Below, piece by piece: positions 1 through 9,485 of a DNA stretch of 64,000 nt. Each line of letters begins with the position of its first letter. The first letter of the stretch is position 1. The notes below the pieces were generated by a model. The model was not told where the DNA came from. It worked only from the letters and a program-made list of their open reading frames with translations, and searched no databases. Source of the DNA: Gemmatimonadota bacterium (GTDB lineage: Bacteria; Gemmatimonadota; Gemmatimonadetes; Gemmatimonadales; GWC2-71-9). The stretch is from NCBI GenBank assembly GCA_036679605.1, contig JAZDCZ010000247.1, forward strand, positions 63,692-127,691. The letters run 5' to 3'. The translations under genes and the position numbers were made by a program.

Positions 1-1
1 C

Positions 2-1366
2 GCCGGTGTTTACCTCGATGGTGATGGAAACCTAGAAATCGCCTTGACTGACTTGTCACGGGAATCGTTAGCGAGACAAGCGATAGCTCCCCTTCGCGCC
101 GATCGTCCAGGAATCGGAGACGGGAGAGCTGTATTGGTGGAGTTCAACTTCGAGGAGCTGGCCACGTGGCGTGACCGCGTCGTGGGTGGCATTGACAACC
201 TCGACGGTCTAGTATTTTTAGATGTCAACGAGGGATTGAATCGACTCGTACTGGGAGTCACAACGCCGGAGAAGGGTCTGAGTATCACGCGAGAGCTAGC
301 TTCCCTTGGTATTCCCGAGTCCGCGACAATAGTAACGGCGGTTGGTGTGCTGCAGTCGCAGAGCCACACGCTGAATTCGCATCTAGACACGGCCCAGGGT
401 GGACTTCAGGTTTTTCGCACACTCATTGACGACTGTACCCTAGGGTTCAACGGGATTTACCAGGGACAACGCATATTCACGACAGCATCCCACTGCAGCT
501 CGACGTTGGCGGGGTTCGATCCCGTTGATCGTTGGGGGCAGCCCACATTGGCTTATCCAATTGGCTATGAGTATGCGGACCCGTTTTGGCGATACTACCC
601 GGCATGCCCAGGTTGGTTCAGGTGCCGAGAGTCTGACGTGACCCTCGGTCGGTACGATCCCGGCGTCGACGCAGAGGTTGGTGTCATCGCGAGACCAATA
701 GGTGAGGGTTCAAGGGTTATCGACCATTCGCAGCCCAAGTACTTCGTCACTGGCGGATGGTGGTGGCCTCAGCAAGGCCAAGGGGTGCGAATGATCGGGC
801 AGACGAGCGGTCAGCAGACTGGCGACATTACAAACACATGCGTCCTCGTACCCGAATCATCCAACTGGTTTACGTGTCAATACTTAGCCGACTACGAGAG
901 CAGAGGGGGTGATAGCGGCGCTCCGATTCTCATTCTGGCTGCTGACTCATCGCACGTCGAGATTGCGGGCACTCATAAAGGGGAGACAACGACATCATTA
1001 GCCGTATTCAGCCCGTGGCAAGGCATACAAGGAGATTTCGGGTTTATTGAGACGGAGTATGATCCCGTGGTAGACCCACCCCCTCCGTTCACCCTCACAG
1101 TGACGATCGAGGGCCCGAGTCAGGTGAAGCCAAACGAGCTTTGCACATGGTACAGCACTGTCTCTGGCGGAACTCCACCGTACCAGTATCAGTGGTACCG
1201 CCCACCCGCGAGTCCCATCCCCGGCGCCACGGGCCCTGAGGTCACGCTCAACACGGGGACATCCAACTTCCAGCTCAGGCTTGTGGTGTTGGACCCGCCT
1301 TCCGGTTCAGGCGCCGACACGGTATCGGTAACCGTTACGGCAGGGGCAATGCAATGCTTCATCTAG
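2..1366 (+). CDS. Secreted S1 (chymotrypsin/alpha-lytic-like) serine protease with C-terminal Ig/PKD-like domain; 5' end outside window
   Basis: Frame is open from position 2 (AGVYLDGDGNLEIALTD...). Motifs CTLGF, TTASHC (His), SDVT (Asp), GDSGAP (Ser); C-terminal GGTPPYQYQW Ig-like motif. Confidence 0.85.
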   Translation, partial: AGVYLDGDGNLEIALTDLSRESLARQAIAPLRADRPGIGDGRAVLVEFNFEELATWRDRVVGGIDNLDGLVFLDVNEGLNRLVLGVTTPEKGLSITRELASLGIPESATIVTAVGVLQSQSHTLNSHLDTAQGGLQVFRTLIDDCTLGFNGIYQGQRIFTTASHCSSTLAGFDPVDRWGQPTLAYPIGYEYADPFWRYYPACPGWFRCRESDVTLGRYDPGVDAEVGVIARPIGEGSRVIDHSQPKYFVTGGWWWPQQGQGVRMIGQTSGQQTGDITNTCVLVPESSNWFTCQYLADYESRGGDSGAPILILAADSSHVEIAGTHKGETTTSLAVFSPWQGIQGDFGFIETEYDPVVDPPPPFTLTVTIEGPSQVKPNELCTWYSTVSGGTPPYQYQWYRPPASPIPGATGPEVTLNTGTSNFQLRLVVLDPPSGSGADTVSVTVTAGAMQCFI

Positions 1367-1490
1367 GGCGTTTGGGCATTTCGATCTTCGACCAAGTGCC
1401 GGACCCAGAGAGGATGACTGTCGGAACCACCTTCCAGACAGCCTTGCTGCACCGCGAGCGCACTGCCTTGCATGAAGAGCAGGCACTTAT

Positions 1491-1997
1491 TTGAAGAACC
1501 CTACGAACTCGCCCAAGCTAACACCCGGTGGTACTATCGCCGCCGTACGGTGGCTGGTGGTAGTCAGCGTTCTCGCGGTTCCCGCAATCGCCACGTCGTG
1601 CGATGGTCCAGAACTCGTCGAGCGACGAGGCTCCATCATGGATCGGGATGGCGCGGTCGTGCTGGAGCTACCAGCGGAATTCCAGGTCAATCAACCAGGC
1701 ACAGTGGCGGTAACCACATTCGGGAACGGCTGTGTCAGCTTTGCGCGCACCGAAGTCACCGTACAGGGCCTGATCGCCACCGTCGAACCGTATGACTATG
1801 ACGACGCCTTGAGACAAGACCTAACCGCTCTGGCGGTTTGCAATGACGTTGGACGGAGCTTCCGGCATCCTGCGGATCTGGTCTTCGCCACAACCGGGGA
1901 AGCCACGATCCAGTTCACGGGGTTGCACGAATGGTTGGACAGCGTTGGCTGGCACGATTCGATCATTACGGTCGAGCGGCGGGTCCCGGTGCGCTAA
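1491..1997 (+). CDS. Hypothetical lipoprotein
   Basis: Hydrophobic N-terminal stretch ending IATSC (lipobox-like); 168-aa ORF. Confidence 0.6.
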   Translation: MKNPTNSPKLTPGGTIAAVRWLVVVSVLAVPAIATSCDGPELVERRGSIMDRDGAVVLELPAEFQVNQPGTVAVTTFGNGCVSFARTEVTVQGLIATVEPYDYDDALRQDLTALAVCNDVGRSFRHPADLVFATTGEATIQFTGLHEWLDSVGWHDSIITVERRVPVR

Positions 1998-2072
1998 TCG
2001 CCACGTGCCGCATTCTTGCATACAACGTGTTGCCAGACAGCTATTATGCGATGATCAACGACGTTCACCATT

Positions 2073-2110
2073 TGTGGTGAACATTCAGCCAGCCCATTCG
2101 CGAGTTATGA
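2073..2110 (+). repeat. attI-like repeat family B, degenerate copy ending in GTTATGA
   Basis: 2073-2106 matches 23/34 nt of the family B copy at 33429-33470 (reverse complement). GTT at 2104-2106 is followed directly by ATG 2107. Confidence 0.5.
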
Positions 2111-2444
2111 AGCGTGCACTAAGGAGGGTTGCGGTGCTCAAGAAGTCATTCAGAACAGTTCGAGGGCTGCTGTGTTGGGCAATCATATCCGGCACTCAGG
2201 CCGTAAGCTACGATCTTCGAGCACAAGAGGCGCGTTCTCTCAATGAGCTGCCGCCGACATTCTCCGGATTAGACTATCTGCGCACTCCACAAGAAATAGA
2301 GACGGCTGCAGCGGGTAACTAGGAGCATTGAAATCGCATTCTGCTTCAATGGGTCGCGTCGGGCCGTTTTCACCTGGTGCCATTGGTGATAGGGCTGTGC
2401 GCGTGAGGATCGAATTCCCATTGAAGCTTGAGTTCGTCAACTAA
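2107..2444 (+). pseudogene. Degraded exported/TonB C-terminal-like gene
   Basis: Signal-peptide-like ORF from ATG 2107 stops at TAG 2320-2322. Another frame continues ...FSPGAIGDRAVRVRIEFPLKLEFVN*, which resembles a TonB C-terminal tail. Confidence 0.35.
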
Positions 2445-2598
2445 CTCTTTGTCCTTCTGCATAGGCATCCTAGGGGCATGGCGTCCCAGCGCTGCCAAGA
2501 TCGCCGCCAGAGAATCCACCGCAACGCCGCTCTTTCGCAGGTGCATTCAGTGTTCCTATTGGATTATCTTGAAAAGAACGTGTCTCAAGAGAGGACGT

Positions 2599-3144
2599 AT
2601 GGCGAAGAAACGTTTGCCAGTGGAGCAGGGGAACCCTGTCCCCCACCCCGAGCCATGCACCAACGCCATGCTCTCCCGGTTCAGAGTGGCTACGTCGTCT
2701 CTTGCGCTGAGCACCGCTGTGCTCGTCGTCGCCTGCGCAGGGCCGAGCGGCCCCTCGCTCGACGAGCTGGAGCGAGCCCCTCAGACGCAATTCATAGATG
2801 GCCATGCATACGCGTTGCGCGTGGATCTCTGGCGGGACTTCCAGCCGGGCGGGCCACCGAGCGGCCTTATTGCTCTCGTCGAACTCGTTGAGCGGGATTC
2901 CCTCGCAATCCCGAGCGGCGTGGATGTGGACCATTTGTGGGTCTGGGGTGGAGCAGAGCTCTGGGAGGCGTCTCTAGTCGACGAGGGACACATCTCCTCG
3001 CCGTGGATTCTTGTGCGACTGGGCCGTGATGGACCGTCGTGGGAGACGGGACGCGCGGTGGACGTTGCGGTCCGCATTGTTACTGATGCGGGAATCAGTC
3101 ACTTGTTGCGACTGGCGAACCAAACCACGAAGGCCGTGGGTTGA
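2599..3144 (+). CDS. Hypothetical lipoprotein (start 2599 or 2668)
   Basis: GAGAGG RBS before ATG 2599; hydrophobic segment ending LVVAC lipobox. Confidence 0.6.
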   Translation: MAKKRLPVEQGNPVPHPEPCTNAMLSRFRVATSSLALSTAVLVVACAGPSGPSLDELERAPQTQFIDGHAYALRVDLWRDFQPGGPPSGLIALVELVERDSLAIPSGVDVDHLWVWGGAELWEASLVDEGHISSPWILVRLGRDGPSWETGRAVDVAVRIVTDAGISHLLRLANQTTKAVG

Positions 3145-3246
3145 GGGGCAGCTACCTAATAAGCAACTGGACTTGGCGAGGGCAGTACGTTTGGAAAGGA
3201 CTGTCGTTGATGACCACTGAGCCTGATTCCACTTCCTCAGCCGCCT

Positions 3247-3403
3247 CTACCTTCTGCGTGGTGTCCTCGGCGTGACCACCTCCTTTGAACCGTCGGAAGA
3301 ACTGACCTAGGCTCACATCCAGCGCCGGCTAGATCGCCGCCAGGGTCTCCACCGTAACGCCGCTCTCACCGCGTTCGAGCCTATCCACATAGGTACGGTG
3401 CAC
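3247..3403 (-). pseudogene. Xre/HTH_3 regulator 3' half, copy 1 of dispersed repeat
   Basis: Minus strand reads VHRTYVDRLERGESGVTVETLAAI*PALDVSLGQFFRRFK, then frameshifts into EVVTPRTPRRR*. Confidence 0.75.
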
Positions 3404-3454
3404 CCCTGCCTGGCGCACGTCTTTTCTTTAGTATGTTGCCATGTCGCGGGGGCG

Positions 3455-3500
3455 GTGTAGCATATGGAGATATGTTGGACAGTCCGTTCATGAGTCATGT
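3455..3500 (+). repeat. attI-like repeat family B, ending in GTCATGT that contains the methyltransferase start codon
   Basis: 3455-3496 is 35/42 identical to the reverse complement of 33429-33470. The repeat is directly seen; the attI role is inference. Confidence 0.65.
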
Positions 3501-4273
3501 TTGAGAAACAAATGAAAAGCCTGTACGATTTCCCGGAAGTGTACGATCAGATCCTATGCCATGACGCAGAGACGGTAGCACGGGAAGTCAAAACCATCAT
3601 GGATCTCCTGGGCACTCGCGGAATCATTCAAGGACGTATTCTTGAACTGGCCTGCGGAAGTTGTTCCCACTCGATCTCGTTGGCCAAAGCCGGCTTTGAG
3701 ACCGCGGGACTTGATCTCTCGGAGCAAATGCTCAACGGTGCGAGGAAAAAGGCCTCCGATGCCGGCGTCAACATCGATCTGCAGCAAGGGAACATTATCG
3801 ATTTCGATCTTGGGCAGAAATATGACTGCATCATCTTCATGTCCGAGACATTTCCGCTAATCGCCGAGCATCAAGATCTGAAGTCCCACTTTGCAGCAGT
3901 GCGTCGTCATCTCCGAACCGGCGGAGTGTATGTCATTGACGTAGATTCTCACAAACATGGCGTCGGTACCGAGTACGAGGTGTGGGGGAAGAGGACAAAC
4001 CAGATTGAAGGCGGAACGGTCGATATCTGGCATGAGAGCTTTCCCGGAGACTGGGTCAAAGGGACCTCTCGAATGACCATGCACTGCCGGATTCATATGG
4101 ATGGACATACATATGAAACGTCAGACGAGTGGGCCCTCAGAGTTGACAGCCCTTGGAATCTCAAGGTTCTCATCGAGTCGCTGCCAGATTGGTCGTTGGA
4201 AGGATTCTTCTCGTGGCGTAATTCGAGCCAGGATATATCGGAAGAGAAGCACTACTTCATGGTTGTGAGATAG
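3497..4273 (+). CDS. Class I SAM-dependent methyltransferase (small-molecule type)
   Basis: ILELACGS motif I, GLDLSEQML, HLRTGGVYVID. Confidence 0.9.
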   Translation: MFEKQMKSLYDFPEVYDQILCHDAETVAREVKTIMDLLGTRGIIQGRILELACGSCSHSISLAKAGFETAGLDLSEQMLNGARKKASDAGVNIDLQQGNIIDFDLGQKYDCIIFMSETFPLIAEHQDLKSHFAAVRRHLRTGGVYVIDVDSHKHGVGTEYEVWGKRTNQIEGGTVDIWHESFPGDWVKGTSRMTMHCRIHMDGHTYETSDEWALRVDSPWNLKVLIESLPDWSLEGFFSWRNSSQDISEEKHYFMVVR

Positions 4274-4375
4274 AAATACATAACGCCCATAAGGCCTCTG
4301 GTGTCAGCGCGGCCTAACCTCATTAAGCAGGTTCCTGTCAAGCGCCTGTAGTTCTTCTTCGCCCGAGCCGCGAGC

Positions 4376-4532
4376 CTAGCCCCGCCGCCTAGGTGTCCTC
4401 GGTGTCACGAACTCCTTGAACAGTCTAGAAAACTGACCTAGTTTCACATCCAGGACAGCCAAGATGCACGCCAGAGCTTCCACCGTAACGCCGCTCTCAC
4501 AGCGTTCTAACCTACCCACATAGGTACGGTGC
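4376..4532 (-). pseudogene. Xre/HTH_3 regulator 3' half, copy 2 of dispersed repeat
   Basis: Minus strand reads HRTYVGRLERCESGVTVEALACILAVLDVKLGQFSRLFKEFVTPRTPRRRG*; no N-terminal half present. Confidence 0.75.
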
Positions 4533-4666
4533 GTACGCCGCTAAGGAAGTCGTTAGTTTGTGCGGCTGACGTTGATGCGCGTAAATTCACTAGTAACCGT
4601 GGCTGGCGGGCGAGGTCGCTCGCGAGTCATTGGCTGTTCGATTATGTCCCGCGCCAGAAAGACAGA

Positions 4667-5668
4667 ATGGCCACAGTATCTAGGTATCTTCGCGAGACTT
4701 CCCTGATCAAGGCTGAGGCGGTTCTCAGCCTGCCCGACGGCAGCCGTGTGCGGGCAATCTCGGAACGCGAAGCCACGCAAATGGCGGCTGAGATCCGGAA
4801 GCGCAACCTCTTCTCCCGACATTCATGGGAAAACGACTTCTACTACAACCGTGCCCTGAGCTTCGGCGGCAAGACGGTCATCGAGGTCTTTCGAACCGGG
4901 CAGCCAAACGACATCGCGGCCGAGGTCGCTTCCGTTGCGGAGTGGGGTGAAACCGTGGCTCTCTTGTCAGTGACTCTCGCAACAGAGCGCAAGACCTTCC
5001 TCCGCCGCGTGGGTGGTGGACCGGTTGAACGGACCGAGATCGACCTGATACTCGGCCCGGATCTCCGCCACCTACGTTCCAAGTCGCGCGTGGCTCCCAA
5101 GCGCACTGGATTTCCGTTGACTCGGCAAGCCGTGACGAGATTCGAGCGTCTTGGCTTCTCGAAACTGTACACCTTACTGACTACCCAAAGCCCGTTTAGC
5201 GCCCGGTTAAGACGGGCGGCCGGTTGGCTTTCTGAGTCTCGACGGGAGCCAAACCTCGAAGCAGCGGTGGTCAAGAGCGTCATATCGCTCGAATCGCTCC
5301 TGATCCTCGGAGAATCAGAACCTCTTAGCCGTTCGCTGTCGGAACGATCGGCGTTTCTTCTGTCCCCACTGCCTGAGACCCGCCGGCGTGTGGGCACCCT
5401 TGTTGGCAGGCTCTATGAGGTCCGGAGCGGGATCGTCCACGGAGGACGCCGGAAGCGAAAGAACCTCACGCCACGTCTGCTTGAGGCGTGCGATCGGTTG
5501 GCCGTACTCCTCCTTATGGTAACGGCGCACAATAGCGACAGCTGGGTTGACGAAGACGGGTTCCGGCGGTGGGTAGGTGATGAGCGGTGGGGCCCGCCGT
5601 CACGCCTGGTTCTGCCGTTCCCACCGGTGTATCTGTCGCGAGCGCTGGGGCTCGGGGAGCGGTCATAG
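4667..5668 (+). CDS. HEPN domain protein (ApeA-like C-terminal HEPN), putative RNase effector
   Basis: C-terminal VISLESLL...LSERSAFLL...LYEVRSGIVHGG with RxxxxH motif; ATG 4667 preferred over GTG 4529. Confidence 0.75.
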   Translation: MATVSRYLRETSLIKAEAVLSLPDGSRVRAISEREATQMAAEIRKRNLFSRHSWENDFYYNRALSFGGKTVIEVFRTGQPNDIAAEVASVAEWGETVALLSVTLATERKTFLRRVGGGPVERTEIDLILGPDLRHLRSKSRVAPKRTGFPLTRQAVTRFERLGFSKLYTLLTTQSPFSARLRRAAGWLSESRREPNLEAAVVKSVISLESLLILGESEPLSRSLSERSAFLLSPLPETRRRVGTLVGRLYEVRSGIVHGGRRKRKNLTPRLLEACDRLAVLLLMVTAHNSDSWVDEDGFRRWVGDERWGPPSRLVLPFPPVYLSRALGLGERS

Positions 5669-5933
5669 CTCATCGCGTTTCTCTCTCGTGCCCCGACCGC
5701 GCGTGTCCACCTCCGTACCCGCGGCTGGCGCTGACGTCCAACATGGAGTTCCATGGCCGTATCCTAGAGGGAGCCTCTGCCTTGCTGCAAGTATATAACC
5801 CCGGAAGTTTTTGTGCTTCCTAGGTGCGTGCGAACCTATGTACGGCCACTATTTTACTGGGGAGCGGGTGTTCTACAGAAACGATTATTTGTGTTGAACA
5901 AGCTTTCGTAAACGCTCTATTGGCGAATGATTT

Positions 5934-6560
5934 CTAAGGACGCGTTACGTCCGCCGCAGAGTAGCGCGGCAGCATTGCACCATCCTTATAAGCTCGGAGT
6001 GCGTCGATAAGGCAGCTTCGAAAACGGTTCACGACTCCGCTTCTAACTGGGTCATCAACATCGCGAAACGATTTTTCTGCATCGCAATGCTCGTCCAGTC
6101 TGGCCCTGACTGCAGCCGCGCGCCTTTCCAGTATCAGTTGCGGGCGATTGAGATACAGCTTTTCGATCATGTAGATGCCAGCTGAGACAATACTCTTCGC
6201 CATGTGCGACTCCCGGTCAACAGAAAGGAAGTCTCCATAACATCGTCTAGATGGGTTTACGTAGCCAGCCAGCGAGATGTCATTGTCCTTGGAACCGTTT
6301 GGCCAATCGTTACCCTTGAACGTGTTACAAATCGCACACGCAAAGAAGAGATTCGCATAGTCGTCCGTGAGGTCAACAAACTTCGATCTAGGCCGAAAAT
6401 GCTCGACATGAAAATTTCTAATCCCACCGAAAGAAGCGTCATGGATGGCGCAATAAACGCATTGATGCTTCGCCTCCTCGGCCAGATGCGGCTTCCAGTC
6501 TCGGTACGACCCAGTAGTCGGCCTATTCGACGCTTCCTTCGGTATCCTCCTCCACTCCAT
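5934..6560 (-). CDS. HNH endonuclease
   Basis: CVYC...FHVEHFRP...NLFFACAICNTFKG Zn-binding HNH signature. Confidence 0.9.
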   Translation of the reverse strand: MEWRRIPKEASNRPTTGSYRDWKPHLAEEAKHQCVYCAIHDASFGGIRNFHVEHFRPRSKFVDLTDDYANLFFACAICNTFKGNDWPNGSKDNDISLAGYVNPSRRCYGDFLSVDRESHMAKSIVSAGIYMIEKLYLNRPQLILERRAAAVRARLDEHCDAEKSFRDVDDPVRSGVVNRFRSCLIDALRAYKDGAMLPRYSAADVTRP

Positions 6561-7221
6561 CGCCTTGCCCTTTCACCCTGTTCTCAGATAGTCTCTGTCG
6601 TATTGTTTCAAGCTCCGCTAAGCTCGCCTCCATCTGGTCGAGCCAACTCGCGCGATCGTAGAGCTCATCCACCACGAAAGCCAGTTCCATTTTCTGTTGA
6701 AGCGACCTGGCCTCCTTTAGATCTTCCTCGGACGCATCGCCAAGTGCTACCTTCCGGGCGATTCGCCCCAATTCTTCCAGTTCCTTCTGATTCTCCTCCC
6801 AGAATCTCGTACCAGCCCGGACGAAACGATCCGTGTAACCCTTGGCACCACGTGCAAATCCCTCGCGGTTGACGACGTCTTCCACAGCACCAAATCGCTC
6901 GCTCAAGGCCTCGTCGTCATCCCATCCGGTAACAACGAAGATCGGAAATGTCGGCAATCTAGCACGGATGAAATCGACGACATCATGTCCGTCGTAGGTC
7001 ACAGGTTGCGCCCCTTCCTCAACTTGTTCCCTCAACCTTTCGTCTAGCACAAGGACTACGATCTCATGCTCCGTGAGCCAGCTAGGGTAGTAATCAAGCC
7101 TCTCCAGCGGCGCGCTGTCTTCACACGTCCATGTTGCATGCTGCCGTAAGTAACGACTAATACGACGGGATATGGTCTGCCGGACATCCGATCGATCGTC
7201 TATGACGCCTATTGCGGGCAT
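6523..7221 (-). CDS. Response-regulator receiver domain protein with helical C-terminal tail
   Basis: IGVIDD acidic pocket, VLVLDERL phospho-acceptor Asp, PIFVVTG; no DNA-binding output domain recognisable. Confidence 0.75.
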   Translation of the reverse strand: MPAIGVIDDRSDVRQTISRRISRYLRQHATWTCEDSAPLERLDYYPSWLTEHEIVVLVLDERLREQVEEGAQPVTYDGHDVVDFIRARLPTFPIFVVTGWDDDEALSERFGAVEDVVNREGFARGAKGYTDRFVRAGTRFWEENQKELEELGRIARKVALGDASEEDLKEARSLQQKMELAFVVDELYDRASWLDQMEASLAELETIRQRLSENRVKGQGDGVEEDTEGSVE

Positions 7222-7226
7222 GTCCC

Positions 7227-9440
7227 CTATCTCTTTGGAATCCACACCGTAAACCGGGCACCCTCTAAACCAGGATCACGGTCTACCGTCCTTGCACCTG
7301 CCATGTCCTTCACGATCCAGTCAACGATCGTGAGCCCGAGCCCCGTCCCGATATCCTTCCCTGCCGCATCTCGCTTCGTTGTGAATAGTGGCTGCCAAAT
7401 CGATTCTCGCAGCCCTCTCGCAACACCTGACCCGCTGTCAGACACTGCGATCTCAAACCCGGCCTTGCCGTCTCTTTTTCGCGATTTCAAGGTGACCGCG
7501 ACGACTCGAGGCCTACGTCGCAGCTGGCAAGCCACATATGCGTTCGTCAGCAGGTTAAGCACGATAGCCTCAATGTCCATCGCAAAGGTGCGTGAAGTGA
7601 TCGCTGACAAACGGTGCCTTAGCTGGATACTTGCTCCATCAAACACCGGCTTAAGCGATTCGATTAATTCGCGTAACAACTCGTTCACCGGCACCTTCCG
7701 TCGCTTTCTCTTGTCGCGCTTCATTCTAACCAAAGCGAACGCACCCCAGGCGCTTACCCGATCGCTGTACTTCAACACCTTGGCGATTTCTTCCACCGCG
7801 GCGTCAACGTTCGGTGGCGACTCCTGAAGCTGCTCCGACGCTGCATATGAAGCATTCGTCATGCCACCTATCGACACCTGAGTTTCGTGCGCAAATGCCG
7901 AGCTGGCTATTCCCAGGGTCGCCAAACCTCTCAAGACCCCCGCCTGGGACATCAGCTCCCCAACCGACGCACGCGTCATCTTCACGTCCGTCGCAAGAAC
8001 AGCCACCTGATCCAACGCGCGCTTCATTGGCACCACAACTGACTCGGGCACCGTCTTCTCAATGCGCTTCAAGCTGCGTTGTAGTTCAGTGAGATCTCGC
8101 TCGACCGAAGCGATCTTTTGTGTCGCTTTCACAGGCACTTCCGCAGGCAGCGTCTTCTGATGCTCCTCATGCCTGTAGGCCTCTAGCAAAGTGACCGCTC
8201 CCAAGACAATGCCCCGCAGCTCTGCATAGGCTTCTCCATGAATTAGCCCTTCACGCGACGCGCTGTCGGCAAGAGCCGCGTTCTTGTCCCTCCCGATAAA
8301 CACCGCACCTACCGTCTGATTCGCTCCAATCTTGTATCGCCGCCGCGCGGGTCCAGTCGGTTCGCGCTGGCGTCTCTCGGCGAGGCCCAGCCAATCTCCA
8401 TCGGGATGCTGCGCGTCACCGTAGGGACGTACGCGTATGTTATCTCGATATATTTTCACACCGGCATTGCGGTCGAGAAAATGACGCAAGTCGGTCAAGG
8501 TGACAGTCATATCGCGTACAGCATCGGCCTCTCGCAAGTAGAACAATAGCTTCAAATCAAACGACCCCACAATTGGTCTTGCTTTCACAGCACTCTGCCT
8601 TCCTCCGCCTACTTGCTGATAAATCTGGTGCCACGGAATTCGTTTAATCGGCGCGCTCCTCGACTTGCCGCCAGTGTTGTCCGCGATCGAGTATGCAAGA
8701 CGGCCATCGGCTGTTAGCTTCGCACTCAATATGATGCGTGCTATTTCATAGAAAGGCGACGTCACCTCGCCGTTCCATTGTTCATCGACATCATTGCTGA
8801 ACAAAATGCGGAAGTCTTTTATTCTATTAAAAGGCGGCGTCAAGTACGACAATTCGTCGTAAAGATTCCTGACGTCATCAGGACTCCAGCCCTGACGCAG
8901 CTTGCGAATCAGCAACTGTGTTCCACTCTTACTCACCTGCTCATTCATGTCCAACGGTGGGGTAAGGTCTGGGTCCTCCAATATCGAGAGCGGCACAGAG
9001 CCAATTTCGGATCCGTCAACGTCGAAACTATCCCAGTTTACACTCAGTCCGAAAAAGGGCGACCCTGTCTTTTTTGTTCTGAGTTCCAGCAAAGCACCCA
9101 GACGATCCGTGGAGATCCGCCCGATCCCTTTTTCGCCGGTCTTTCGGCGGCGTCGACCAGACATGCGAGTACGGCGCTTTTCGGAATATCCAATTCTTAG
9201 CCAGTTGTGATCGATATCCTCCTCACTCATGCCGCATCCGTTATCAGAGACCATCACATGCGGATCACTACCCTTCGAGACGATCTGGACTTCCACGATA
9301 GTGGCGTCTGCATCGTAGCTGTTCTTCACGAGTTCGAGCACAGCGGTCGTGTGATCCTTGATGCTCTCCCGCCCGAGCGTGAGAATCGTGCGAGCGTCAA
9401 CGCTGAATCTCTTATCGACCATCTTGTATTCTGTTGACAA
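7227..9440 (-). CDS. GHKL (MutL/MORC-like) ATPase fused to C-terminal histidine kinase
   Basis: N-terminal ELVKNSYDA, DNGCGM, GEKGIG, SGTQL. C-terminal AFAHET (H-box), NLLTNA (N), DSGSG (G1), QPLFTTK (F), GTGLGL (G2). No transmembrane segment. Confidence 0.9.
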   Translation of the reverse strand: MSTEYKMVDKRFSVDARTILTLGRESIKDHTTAVLELVKNSYDADATIVEVQIVSKGSDPHVMVSDNGCGMSEEDIDHNWLRIGYSEKRRTRMSGRRRRKTGEKGIGRISTDRLGALLELRTKKTGSPFFGLSVNWDSFDVDGSEIGSVPLSILEDPDLTPPLDMNEQVSKSGTQLLIRKLRQGWSPDDVRNLYDELSYLTPPFNRIKDFRILFSNDVDEQWNGEVTSPFYEIARIILSAKLTADGRLAYSIADNTGGKSRSAPIKRIPWHQIYQQVGGGRQSAVKARPIVGSFDLKLLFYLREADAVRDMTVTLTDLRHFLDRNAGVKIYRDNIRVRPYGDAQHPDGDWLGLAERRQREPTGPARRRYKIGANQTVGAVFIGRDKNAALADSASREGLIHGEAYAELRGIVLGAVTLLEAYRHEEHQKTLPAEVPVKATQKIASVERDLTELQRSLKRIEKTVPESVVVPMKRALDQVAVLATDVKMTRASVGELMSQAGVLRGLATLGIASSAFAHETQVSIGGMTNASYAASEQLQESPPNVDAAVEEIAKVLKYSDRVSAWGAFALVRMKRDKRKRRKVPVNELLRELIESLKPVFDGASIQLRHRLSAITSRTFAMDIEAIVLNLLTNAYVACQLRRRPRVVAVTLKSRKRDGKAGFEIAVSDSGSGVARGLRESIWQPLFTTKRDAAGKDIGTGLGLTIVDWIVKDMAGARTVDRDPGLEGARFTVWIPKR

Positions 9441-9485
9441 ACACTATCATGATGCAGCTCATTTCATGACGCCAGTCGTCGGTCT

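Noticed and set aside
3145..3245. Complete attC site after the lipoprotein at 2599..3144
   Set aside because: Begins like one (GCTACCTAATAAGC), but I could not find a matching GTTRRRY end or paired L boxes before the Xre remnant; at most a half-site.
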